Shown here piece by piece: positions 10,008 through 18,593 of a DNA stretch of 64,000 bases. The position numbers and the translations under genes were made by a program. Every line of letters begins with the position of its first letter. Within the stretch, counting starts at the first letter, position 1. The notes beneath the pieces are model-generated. The model was given only the letters and a program-made list of their open reading frames with translations, had not been told where the DNA came from and made no database searches. Source of the DNA: an uncultured Clostridia bacterium (GTDB taxonomy: Bacteria > Bacillota > Clostridia > Oscillospirales > Acutalibacteraceae); the NCBI GenBank assembly GCA_944376265.1, contig CALWCD010000002.1, forward strand, positions 899 through 64,898. Direction: 5' to 3'.

Positions 10008-10577
10008 TCACACTGGTCCAAGGTTCTGGAACGGGAACAGATGGAATACAGCCTTGCCCAGGATATTTCTCCGGTCAATCATTCCCACGTCCTGATAGCG
10101 GCTGTCCTCGGACACTGCCCGGTTGTCTCCCAGCACGAACACGCAGCCCTCTGGGACTGTTTGGGGAAACTCCAGCAGTTCAAAAGAACTGAAAGGCTCT
10201 TCCGTAATGCCGTTTTCCAGACCGAATTGTGTTTCATCCACCACTTGTCCGTCCACCAGGACAGACTTGGTGTCGTAGTCAAAGTCTACCACCTGGCCCT
10301 CGGTGGCGATTACCCGCTTGATGATGGGCTCGTCCAGCACGTTGACCACCACCACTACGTCGCCCTGTTCCACGCCGTTGAAATCGGTGACCACCAGCAC
10401 CCGGTCTCCTTCGTGAAAGCTGGGGACCATGGAAGTGCCTGTCACAGTGACCACGCGGCACACAAAGGTGAACACCACAGCGATGAGCACCACTGCCAGA
10501 ACCACTTCCTCGGTCCATTCCAGAATGGTTCGGACAGCCTTGCCGCGCTTCTGCGCAGCCTCTGTCTGAAGATCCAT
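10008..10577 (-). CDS. lepB: Signal peptidase I (copy 1)
   Basis: TM helix, GTSMVPS, IIKRVIA, GDNRAVSEDSR. Confidence 0.93.
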   Translation of the reverse strand: MDLQTEAAQKRGKAVRTILEWTEEVVLAVVLIAVVFTFVCRVVTVTGTSMVPSFHEGDRVLVVTDFNGVEQGDVVVVVNVLDEPIIKRVIATEGQVVDFDYDTKSVLVDGQVVDETQFGLENGITEEPFSSFELLEFPQTVPEGCVFVLGDNRAVSEDSRYQDVGMIDRRNILGKAVFHLFPFQNLGPV

Positions 10578-10640
10578 AGAGATCCGCCTCCCAACAGGTG
10601 AAAATCACGGTGATCGGTGATAATGGAAAAAATTGATAGC

Positions 10641-10667
10641 AAAAAAGGGACAGCAACTTGTCCCTTT
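10641..10667 (-). terminator. Intrinsic terminator after rplS
   Basis: GAAAGGGACA..TGTCCCTTTTTT on minus strand. Confidence 0.75.
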
Positions 10668-10688
10668 CTCACGTTTGCTATGCTGCTT

Positions 10689-11033
10689 TTACTTGAGCTG
10701 CTCCTTGACCTTGGCGGCCTTGCCCACGCGGTCACGCAGGTAGTACAGCTTGGCGCGGCGCACACGGCCCTGACGGACCACCTTCACGGCCTTCACATTG
10801 GGAGAGTGAAGGGGGAACACACGCTCCACACCTACGCCGTAGGAAACGCGGCGCACGGTGAAGGTCTCGCTGATGCCGCTGCCCTTGCGGGCGATCACGG
10901 TGCCTTCAAACTGCTGGATACGCTCCCGGTCGCCTTCACGGATGTTCACGTCCACGCGGACAGTGTCACCAATGGAGAACTGGGGGATCTCAGCCTTGAG
11001 AGATTCCTGAGAGATCATTTTGATTGCGTCCAT
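10689..11033 (-). CDS. rplS: 50S ribosomal protein L19
   Basis: [50 protein letters not shown]; SD GGAGG before ATG 11033. Confidence 0.98.
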   Translation of the reverse strand: MDAIKMISQESLKAEIPQFSIGDTVRVDVNIREGDRERIQQFEGTVIARKGSGISETFTVRRVSYGVGVERVFPLHSPNVKAVKVVRQGRVRRAKLYYLRDRVGKAAKVKEQLK

Positions 11034-11059
11034 TTGAGATTCCTCCATAAAATCGTAAT

Positions 11060-11101
11060 GTTCAGACATTCATGCCGGAAACCCGGCAGCGGACTGCCCG
11101 C
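11060..11101 (-). promoter_or_regulatory. L19_leader-like cis-regulatory RNA
   Basis: GTCCGCTGCCGG..CCGGCATGAATGTCTGAAC hairpin just upstream of the rplS SD resembles my recollection of the Firmicutes L19 leader; not model-scored. Confidence 0.55.
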
Positions 11102-11197
11102 TTCCTTTCACGGCGCCGGGACAACAGCCCCTTTGCCGCGTTTCGACCCCCACGGGCAAGCCTTTGAGGAAAACCCGCGGAATTCAAATGCTTAAAT

Positions 11198-11226
11198 AGT
11201 TTATCACAAGGGGATCAAAAAAGCAA
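11198..11226 (-). promoter_or_regulatory. sigmaA-type promoter for rplS
   Basis: TTGCTT-N17-TAAACT with TG extended -10. Confidence 0.55.
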
Positions 11227-11233
11227 GAAATAT

Positions 11234-11884
11234 TTACCGCAATTCGGAAAAATCTTTCGTTAACAGCTGTTTCCGGGTGATGGAGCAATAGGGTTTTGCC
11301 CCTTCGTACCGTTTCAGGGCATCCAGCAGCAGGGCCGGGTTGGTGCTGCCGTTCATGCTGCAGGGCAAGCGGAGGGAAAGCCTGAGGCCGCCGTTCTCTC
11401 TGGTCCACTGGACAGAGGAGAAGTCCGGCTTGATGTCAAACTCCTTTTCCCCCTTTTTGGTGTGCTTGAGCACCAGGATCTCCTCCCGGGCCAGAAGAGC
11501 CCCCAGCTGTTGTTCCAGGCCGTCCGGGTCCTGGGTTTCCAGCTGAATTTCGTAGACGCCCCACTGGATGCTTTCAAACGGGTCCACGGGTTCTGTGGCG
11601 TCCAGCACTCGCAGGTCCTGGGGCAGGTGGGCGTTGATTGCCTCCGCAAGCTGGTCCAGAGGCCGGTCCTCTGTCAGGCGGATGTCCATACACTCCCGCT
11701 CTCCGCACACGCCCAGGGACAGAGGCATGGCGTAGGTCATATAGATTCTGGGGTTGAACCCCTCTGTGTACCATACAGGAAGGCCGGAGAGTTTCAGTCC
11801 CCGGGACATGCACCGGGTCAGGTCCAGGTGGGAGATGTACCGCACCGAGCCTTGTTTCTCAAACCACACTCGCACGTTTTTCAA
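11234..11884 (-). CDS. Radical SAM-linked protein (TIGR03936/DUF2344-like)
   Basis: RYISHLDL..GFNP.. LSLG..GERE motifs; overlaps end of upstream radical SAM gene; TTG start after GGAGG. Confidence 0.85.
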   Translation of the reverse strand: MKNVRVWFEKQGSVRYISHLDLTRCMSRGLKLSGLPVWYTEGFNPRIYMTYAMPLSLGVCGERECMDIRLTEDRPLDQLAEAINAHLPQDLRVLDATEPVDPFESIQWGVYEIQLETQDPDGLEQQLGALLAREEILVLKHTKKGEKEFDIKPDFSSVQWTRENGGLRLSLRLPCSMNGSTNPALLLDALKRYEGAKPYCSITRKQLLTKDFSELR

Positions 11885-13721
11885 CGCAGATCCCCCCTCC
11901 ATAGCAGGCCGCGCCGCAGTGGGAGCACTGTTCCCGGCAGTTGGGCGTGGTCATGTTTTGATAGGCGCGCTTGCACTCCTCGATAAAGAATTCCTTTTTC
12001 ACCCCGTAGTCCAGGTGGTCCCAGGGGAACACCTCGTCAAATTCCCGGTGGCGGTTGGCATAGAAGGCCGGGTCCAGGCCGCAGGCCTGGAAGGCTTCCA
12101 TCCACTTGTCGAAGTGGAAGCAGTCGTCCCAGCCGTCGAACCGCAGGCCCATTTCCCGGGCCTTCTCCATCACCACGCACAGGCGCCGGTCCCCCCGGGC
12201 AAAAACAGCTTCCAGGAAACTGGTCTGGGCGCCATGGTAGCTGACGGAAATCTTCCGGGAATGGACGCCCCCTTTCAGGGCATACTGCTTTTCCTGCAAG
12301 GTCTCCATGGTGTCCTGGCCGAACCACTGGAAAGGCGTGAAGGGCTTGGGCACAAAGGCGGCGGCGCTGAGGGATACCTCCACCCCTTTCCCCTTGGGCT
12401 TTTCCTTGTTCTGGTAGAAGGCGTCCACCACCTTTTGGCCAAGTTCATCAATGGCCAGCACGTCCTCCATGGTCTCCGTGGGAAGGCCGATCATGAAATA
12501 CAGCTTAATCCTAGTCCAGCCCTCGGTAAAGGCCACGTTCACCGTGCGCATCAGTTCTTCTTCCGTAACATTCTTATTGATTACATCCCGCATCCGCTGG
12601 GAGCCCGCTTCCGGAGCGAAGGTGAGGCCGCTCTTCCGCACGGAGTTGATCCGCTCCATCAGCTGGGGAGAGAAATTGTCCACCCGGAGGCTGGGCAGGG
12701 AAAGGCTCACCTTTTCCCCTTCCGTCCACTGATGCAGGGTGTCGATCAGCTCGTTTAGCCGGGCGTAATCGCTGGTGCTGAGGGAGGAAAGGGAGATCTC
12801 GTCGTAGCCGGTGGAATGGCACAGGTCGCGGCACTGGCGGTCGATGGTTTCAATGCTCTTTTCCCGGTAAGGCCGGTAGAGAAACCCCGCCTGACAGAAC
12901 CGGCAGCCGCGAATGCAGCCCCGGAGCACCTCCTCGGAAATGCGATTGTGGACAACATCGATCAGGGGCACCACAAAGTCTTTGGGGTAATAGGCCTTGT
13001 TCATGTCCCGGATGACCCGCTTTTTCACGGTTTTGGGGGCGCCGTGGGTGGGGACATACTCCTTCACGGTGCCGTCCGGGTTGTAGGACACATCGTAGAA
13101 CGCGGGCACATACACCCCTTCGATCTGGGCGGCCTGCTCCAAAAACTCTGTTTTGGACTTGCCCTCTTTCTTGCACTGACGGTAAAGCTCCATCACCTCC
13201 ATGTCCACCTCTTCCCCGTCGCCCAGGAAGAAGATGTCGAAGAAATCTGCCAGAGGCTCCGGGTTGCAGGCGCAGGGGCCGCCTCCCACCACAATGTTGA
13301 ACAGGTCAGGCCGGTCCGCGCTGCGCAGGGGAATGCCCGCCAGCTCCAGCATGTTCAATACATTGGTGTAGCTCAGCTCGTATTGAAGGGTAAAGCCAAT
13401 AAAATCGAATTGATTTACCGGGTCGCCGCTTTCCAGCCCGTAAAGGGGAATGTTTTCCCGGCGCATTTCCTCCTCCATGTCCACCCAAGGGGCAAACACC
13501 CGCTCGCACCAGAAATAGGGCACCTCGTTAAACGCGCTGTACAGGATCTTGATTCCCAGATGGGACATGCCGATCTCGTAAGTGTCGGGAAAGCAAAAGG
13601 CGAACCGCACCTCCACCTGGGAGGGGTCCTTCACCACCGCGTTCAACTCCCCGCCCACATACCGGCCCGGCTTCTGTACTTTTTGCAGGGCGTGCTCCAG
13701 TTTTTTGTCTTGTCTCATCAT
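11859..13721 (-). CDS. B12-binding radical SAM protein (TIGR03960-like)
   Basis: KPGRYVGGE N-terminus, PDTYEIGMSHLG, CIRGCRFC (CxxxCxxC), APEAGSQRMR, YFMIGLP. Confidence 0.9.
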   Translation of the reverse strand: MMRQDKKLEHALQKVQKPGRYVGGELNAVVKDPSQVEVRFAFCFPDTYEIGMSHLGIKILYSAFNEVPYFWCERVFAPWVDMEEEMRRENIPLYGLESGDPVNQFDFIGFTLQYELSYTNVLNMLELAGIPLRSADRPDLFNIVVGGGPCACNPEPLADFFDIFFLGDGEEVDMEVMELYRQCKKEGKSKTEFLEQAAQIEGVYVPAFYDVSYNPDGTVKEYVPTHGAPKTVKKRVIRDMNKAYYPKDFVVPLIDVVHNRISEEVLRGCIRGCRFCQAGFLYRPYREKSIETIDRQCRDLCHSTGYDEISLSSLSTSDYARLNELIDTLHQWTEGEKVSLSLPSLRVDNFSPQLMERINSVRKSGLTFAPEAGSQRMRDVINKNVTEEELMRTVNVAFTEGWTRIKLYFMIGLPTETMEDVLAIDELGQKVVDAFYQNKEKPKGKGVEVSLSAAAFVPKPFTPFQWFGQDTMETLQEKQYALKGGVHSRKISVSYHGAQTSFLEAVFARGDRRLCVVMEKAREMGLRFDGWDDCFHFDKWMEAFQACGLDPAFYANRHREFDEVFPWDHLDYGVKKEFFIEECKRAYQNMTTPNCREQCSHCGAACYGGGICVEKRASVV

Positions 13722-13777
13722 GGGACCATCCGTTTCTTTAAAAAAATTCCGCCGTCCGTCAACGGCATAACCAATAT

Positions 13778-13806
13778 AGTATAGCATACCCCTGCCGCCG
13801 GATCAA
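13778..13806 (-). promoter_or_regulatory. sigmaA-type promoter for radical SAM pair
   Basis: TTGATC-N17-TATACT with TG extension. Confidence 0.6.
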
Positions 13807-13830
13807 TTGCCGGGCGAAGCGCCTTTGCCT

Positions 13831-14871
13831 TCAATGGATAAACATGGCGTCACCAAAGCTGAAGAACCGGTACCGCTCCTGCACGGCAGTGTTGTAGGCG
13901 TTGAGAATGTGTTCCCTTCCCGCCAGGGCGGATACCAGCATGATCAGGGTGCTTTCCGGCAGGTGGAAATTGGTGATGAGGGCGTCCACTCCCTTAAATT
14001 CACAGCCCGGGTACAGGAAAATATCAGTCCAGCCCTCGCTTTCCCGGAAGCATCCCTCCCGCTGAGCTACGGACTCAATGGTGCGGCAGCTGGTGGTGCC
14101 CACGGCGATGACCCTTCCCCCCCGCTCCTTGGTGCGGTTGATCAGGTCAGCCACTTCCTGGGACATGTGGTAGTGCTCGGAGTGCATTTTGTGATCCTGA
14201 ATGTTCTCCACGCTCACGGGACGGAAGGTGCCCAAGCCCACGTGAAGGGTGACAAACCCCAGCTCCACGCCCTTTGCCTTGATCTTTTCCAGCAGCTCCG
14301 GGGTAAAGTGAAGCCCGGCGGTGGGGGCGGCGGCGGAACCCTCCTCCCGGGAGTAGACCGTCTGGTACCGCTCTTTGTCCTCCAGTTTCGCCTTGATGTA
14401 GGGCGGCAGAGGCATCTGGCCGATCTGGTCCAGGATGTGGAAAAACAACCCCTCATATTCAAAGTGAATCAGCCGGTTGCCCTCGGGGAGCACGTCCACC
14501 ACCTGGCAGCGCAGCAGCCCGTCTCCAAATTGGAAGCGGGTTCCTTTTTTGGCACGCTTGCCGGGGCCTGCCAAAGCTTCCCACACGTCGTTTCCCTTGT
14601 TCTTTAAAAGAAGAAACTCCACGTGGGCGCCTGTCCCCTCCTTCACACCGTACAGCCGGGCGGGCAGCACCCTGGAGTCGTTGAGAATGAGACAGTCATT
14701 TGGGGTGAGATAGTCTACAATGTTGTAAAAATGCCGGTGCTCAAGGGCGCCGGTGCCCTTGTCCAGCACCATCAGCCGGGAAGCGTCCCGGGGCTCGATG
14801 GGGGTCTGGGCAATCAGTTCTTCCGGAAGATCGAAGTAGAAATCACTTGTTTTCATGGGTTCTCTCATCAT
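13831..14871 (-). CDS. queA: S-adenosylmethionine:tRNA ribosyltransferase-isomerase
   Basis: [59 protein letters not shown]; start could be 14856. Confidence 0.97.
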   Translation of the reverse strand: MMREPMKTSDFYFDLPEELIAQTPIEPRDASRLMVLDKGTGALEHRHFYNIVDYLTPNDCLILNDSRVLPARLYGVKEGTGAHVEFLLLKNKGNDVWEALAGPGKRAKKGTRFQFGDGLLRCQVVDVLPEGNRLIHFEYEGLFFHILDQIGQMPLPPYIKAKLEDKERYQTVYSREEGSAAAPTAGLHFTPELLEKIKAKGVELGFVTLHVGLGTFRPVSVENIQDHKMHSEHYHMSQEVADLINRTKERGGRVIAVGTTSCRTIESVAQREGCFRESEGWTDIFLYPGCEFKGVDALITNFHLPESTLIMLVSALAGREHILNAYNTAVQERYRFFSFGDAMFIH

Positions 14872-14939
14872 TTCCTTTTTCAGGGCCGTTTTTGGGACGG
14901 CTCCCGTAAATTTTCATACAATAAATTGTGGCTGAAAAA

Positions 14940-14968
14940 TTGACAACAGGAGGAATCTAGGGTATGAT
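14940..14968 (+). promoter_or_regulatory. sigmaA promoter of the lysine operon
   Basis: TTGACA-N17-TATGAT just upstream of the riboswitch. Confidence 0.8.
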
Positions 14969-14975
14969 AAAAACC

Positions 14976-15137
14976 AAATAGAGGCGCGGCTTTCAAAAGT
15001 AGCAGAATGGAGGTTGCCAAAACCGCAGAAGTTCTGTGAAAGGGTGGGCTGCCGAAGGAGAGTTTCTGGCAGAGATTCCCCTGGTTGCAACAGCAAACAG
15101 CTTTGCGACTGTCATCACTTGTGATGGAGTGCTATTG
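14976..15137 (+). promoter_or_regulatory. Lysine riboswitch (L-box)
   Basis: AATAGAGGCGC..AGTA..GAAAGG..GCCGAA..CTGTC..GGAGTGCTATT with P1 AATAG/CTATT, upstream of asd-dapA-dapB. Confidence 0.92.
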
Positions 15138-15195
15138 AAACATTTGTCCCGGCCATGCGGCGCGGGTCGCAGCATTTCTATTATAGGAGATGGGC

Positions 15196-15222
15196 AGCCG
15201 GTTTTCAACCGGTTTTTTCTTT
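15196..15222 (+). terminator. Riboswitch expression-platform terminator
   Basis: CCGGTT-TTC-AACCGG followed by TTTTTTCTTT before asd. Confidence 0.7.
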
Positions 15223-15274
15223 ACTCACTTTTTTCCGTAAGGCGCCATTTTTATTTTGAGAAAGGATCTGGAAA

Positions 15275-16357
15275 ATGATGAAACAATATCGCGTGGGCAT
15301 TATTGGATGCACCGGCATGGTGGGCCAGCGGTTCGCCACCATTCTGGAGAATCACCCCTGGTTCACTGTGACCGCTCTGGCAGCAAGCGCCCGGTCCGCC
15401 GGGAAAACATATGAAGAAGCTGTGGGCGGCCGCTGGGCCATGAAAACCCCCATGCCCGAGTTCATGGCGAAAATGCCCGTTTACGACGCGGAGAAGGACA
15501 TTGAAAAGATCGTTTCCCTGGTGGATTTCGTGTTCTGCGCCGTCAATATGAAGAAGGAGGAGATCCGCGCCCTGGAGGAGACGTATGCCCGCCACGAGTG
15601 CCCTGTGGTCTCCAACAACAGCGCTCACCGCTCCACCCCTGATGTGCCCATGATCATCCCGGAGATCAATGCCGACCACGTGGAGGTTATTGAGGCTCAG
15701 CGCAAGCGCCTGGGCACCAAGCGTGGTTTCATCGCTGTAAAGTGCAACTGCTCTCTCCAGAGCTACGTGCCTGCCATCCATCCCCTGATGGACCTGGGCG
15801 TCACCAAGGTGCTGGCCTGCACCTACCAGGCCATTTCCGGCGCCGGCAAGACCTTTGAGACCATGCCGCAGATCCTGGACAACGTGATCCCCTATATCGG
15901 CGGCGAGGAGGAGAAATCCGAGCAGGAGCCTTTGAAGATCTGGGGCCATGTGGAAAACGGGGTCATTGTCAACACAAACACTCCTTCCATCACTTCCCAG
16001 TGCCTGCGGGTGCCTGTGTCCGACGGCCATATGGCGGCCGTATTCTTCTCTCTGGAGAACAAGATCTCCAAGGAGGAGATCATTGAGCGGTGGGAGAAGT
16101 TCCGCGGTCCCGCCCAGGAGCTGGAGCTACCCAGCGCTCCCAAGCAGTTCCTCCACTACTTTACCGAGGACGACCGGCCCCAGCCCAAGCTGGACCGTGA
16201 CCTGGAGGGGGGCATGGCTGTGTCGGTAGGACGGCTGCGTCCCGACACCCAGTACGACTACAAATTTGTGTGCCTTTCCCACAATACCCTGCGAGGCGCC
16301 GCCGGCGGAGCTCTGCTCATGGCGGAACTGCTGTGCGCGAAGGGCTACTTTGACTGA
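15275..16357 (+). CDS. asd: Aspartate-semialdehyde dehydrogenase
   Basis: GCTGMVGQRF..HPWF, NCS catalytic Cys, QAISGAG, RVPV.DGH, HNTLRGAAG. Confidence 0.96.
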   Translation: MMKQYRVGIIGCTGMVGQRFATILENHPWFTVTALAASARSAGKTYEEAVGGRWAMKTPMPEFMAKMPVYDAEKDIEKIVSLVDFVFCAVNMKKEEIRALEETYARHECPVVSNNSAHRSTPDVPMIIPEINADHVEVIEAQRKRLGTKRGFIAVKCNCSLQSYVPAIHPLMDLGVTKVLACTYQAISGAGKTFETMPQILDNVIPYIGGEEEKSEQEPLKIWGHVENGVIVNTNTPSITSQCLRVPVSDGHMAAVFFSLENKISKEEIIERWEKFRGPAQELELPSAPKQFLHYFTEDDRPQPKLDRDLEGGMAVSVGRLRPDTQYDYKFVCLSHNTLRGAAGGALLMAELLCAKGYFD

Positions 16358-16378
16358 ACCTTTTGGAGGTAGGAGACT

Positions 16379-17269
16379 ATGAAGCAAACCATTTTTACCG
16401 GTGCTGCCACCGCTCTGGTGACACCTTTTGACGGCCAGGGGAACATCTCCTGGGACGAATTGGAGCGCCTGGTGGAATTTCAGATCCAGGGCGGCATCGA
16501 CGCCATTGTGGCCTGCGGCACCACCGGCGAAGCGGCCACTATGACCACCGAGGAACACACCCAGGTGATCCAGTTTATCATCGAGAAGGTAAAGGGCCGG
16601 GTGCCCGTCATTGCCGGTACCGGCAGCAACGACACAGCCTTCTGTGTGGAGCTTTCCCTGGAAGCCAAGGCCCTGGGCGCCGACGGCCTGCTGCTGGTGA
16701 CCCCCTACTACAACAAGACCTCTCAGAAGGGCCTTATTGAGAGCTTCAACTACGTGGCGGACAGCGTGAAGATGCCCTGCATCCTGTACAACGTGCCCAG
16801 CCGCACCGGCTGCAACATTCAGCCTGCCACCTACAAGGAACTTTCCAAGAACCCCTATATCGTGGCTGTGAAAGAGGCCAATGGGGACATCTCCGCGACG
16901 GCCCGCACCGCTGCCCTCTGCGGTGAGAACCTGACAATCTACTCCGGCGAGGACAATCAGACCCTGCCCATTATGGCGTTGGGCGGCAAGGGCGTTATCT
17001 CCGTGTTCTCCAACGCGCTGCCCGGCACCATGCACCAGCTGGCAGCCGCCATGCTCAAGGGCGACCTGGAGGCAGCCCGGAAGCTGGACCTGGAATACTT
17101 GGACCTGATGGATGGCTTCTTCCTGGATGTGAATCCCATCCCCATCAAGGAGGCCATGTATCAGATGGGCTTGATCCAGTCCAATTACTGCCGCATGCCT
17201 TTGACCACCATGACCGAGGAAGGGAAAGCGAAGCTCACCGGCCTGCTGCAGAAGCACAACTTGGTGTAA
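16379..17269 (+). CDS. dapA: 4-hydroxy-tetrahydrodipicolinate synthase
   Basis: GTTGE, PYYNK, YNVPSRTG, KEA Schiff-base Lys, NPIPIK. Confidence 0.97.
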   Translation: MKQTIFTGAATALVTPFDGQGNISWDELERLVEFQIQGGIDAIVACGTTGEAATMTTEEHTQVIQFIIEKVKGRVPVIAGTGSNDTAFCVELSLEAKALGADGLLLVTPYYNKTSQKGLIESFNYVADSVKMPCILYNVPSRTGCNIQPATYKELSKNPYIVAVKEANGDISATARTAALCGENLTIYSGEDNQTLPIMALGGKGVISVFSNALPGTMHQLAAAMLKGDLEAARKLDLEYLDLMDGFFLDVNPIPIKEAMYQMGLIQSNYCRMPLTTMTEEGKAKLTGLLQKHNLV

Positions 17270-17304
17270 GCCCCCCTTTGTGAAAAAGAAAGGAAGTTCC
17301 AACC

Positions 17305-18057
17305 ATGACCAACCTCATTCTCTGCGGCTGCAATGGGAAAATGGGCGCCGCGGTGCAGAATTTTGTCAAGCAGCGGGAGGACTGCGCCATCGTGGCCGGA
17401 GTGGATATCTCCGGCGGCGGGAACGGAACATTTCCCGTGTACACCTCCCTGGACCAGGTGAAGGAAACCGCCCAGGTGGTGGTGGATTTCTCCCACCCCT
17501 CTTCCCTCTCCTCCATTCTGGACTACTGCCGGAATCATCCGGGCGTGGCGGCGGTGCTGTGCACCACCGGTTACAGCGCGGAACAGACTGAGGAGATCCA
17601 GGAGGCCTCCAAGGACCTGCCCCTGTTCTATTCCCGAAACATGTCTCTGGGCGTGAACCTTCTCATTGAGCTGGCCAAGAAAGCGGAAGCCGTTCTGGGA
17701 GATGGGTTTGACGTGGAGATTGTGGAGATGCACCACAACCAGAAGATCGACGCCCCCAGCGGCACGGCCCTGATGATCGCTGACGCCATCAACCAGGTGC
17801 GGGACGATTCCATGAACTACGTGTACGACCGCCACTCCCAGCGGAAAAAGCGGGAGAAGCGGGAGATCGGCCTTCACTCCGTGCGGGGCGGCACCATTGT
17901 GGGGGAACATCAGGTGATCTTCGCCGGACAGAGCGAAGTCCTCACCCTGTCTCATTCCGCCCAGTCCAAGGAGCTGTTTGCTGCCGGCGCCGTCAATGCT
18001 GCGGTGTTCATGGCCTGTAAGGGCCCCGGGCTTTACGACATGTCTCATTTGATTTGA
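17305..18057 (+). CDS. dapB: 4-hydroxy-tetrahydrodipicolinate reductase
   Basis: GCNGKMG, DFSHP, NMSLGVN, EMHHNQKIDAPSGTA, RGGTIVGEH. Confidence 0.97.
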   Translation: MTNLILCGCNGKMGAAVQNFVKQREDCAIVAGVDISGGGNGTFPVYTSLDQVKETAQVVVDFSHPSSLSSILDYCRNHPGVAAVLCTTGYSAEQTEEIQEASKDLPLFYSRNMSLGVNLLIELAKKAEAVLGDGFDVEIVEMHHNQKIDAPSGTALMIADAINQVRDDSMNYVYDRHSQRKKREKREIGLHSVRGGTIVGEHQVIFAGQSEVLTLSHSAQSKELFAAGAVNAAVFMACKGPGLYDMSHLI

Positions 18058-18069
18058 GGAGGTTTTCTC

Positions 18070-18528
18070 ATGAGCGCTTCCACAGTCATCAGCACGGTGG
18101 ATAACATCACGCTGATCACCCTGCAGGAGTTTCCTGCAAACGTGGCTTCCATTGCCAAGATCTTCGACGCCATTTCCCAGTACGGCATCAACATTGATAT
18201 GATCTCCATGGCCCCCACTCACGGGGCAACCACGGGACTGTCCTTCACCATTTCCGACGAGGATATGATCGACATCCTGGGTTTCACCTCCAAGCTGAAG
18301 CGGGAGACAGACATTGACGTGATTGTCAGTTCTGTCAACCATAAGATCTCCGTCTACGATCCCCTGATGAAAAACACCCCCGGCATGGCCGCCCAGGTGT
18401 TCAACGCCATTTCCAGCACGGATGCCGACATCCGGCTGATCACCACTTCCGAGGTGGAGATTTCCCTGCTGGTCACCGAGGCCGATTTCGACACGGTGCT
18501 GGGTGCTATTCAGAAGGCGATGGCCTGA
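18070..18528 (+). CDS. Tandem ACT-domain protein resembling aspartokinase regulatory (beta) subunit
   Basis: INIDMI, KISV..MKNTPGMAAQVF.A..DIRLITTSEVEISLLV; no kinase domain; SD GAGGAGG. Confidence 0.85.
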   Translation: MSASTVISTVDNITLITLQEFPANVASIAKIFDAISQYGINIDMISMAPTHGATTGLSFTISDEDMIDILGFTSKLKRETDIDVIVSSVNHKISVYDPLMKNTPGMAAQVFNAISSTDADIRLITTSEVEISLLVTEADFDTVLGAIQKAMA

Positions 18529-18545
18529 AATACTTCCAAAAAAAC

Positions 18546-18581
18546 AAAAGGGAGTCCCTTCTTGTGGGGGACTCCCTTTTT
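18546..18581. terminator. Bidirectional terminator (dap operon / tyrS)
   Basis: AAAAGGGAGTCCC..GGGACTCCCTTTT between convergent genes. Confidence 0.85.
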
Positions 18582-18593
18582 CATGTTCAAAAA

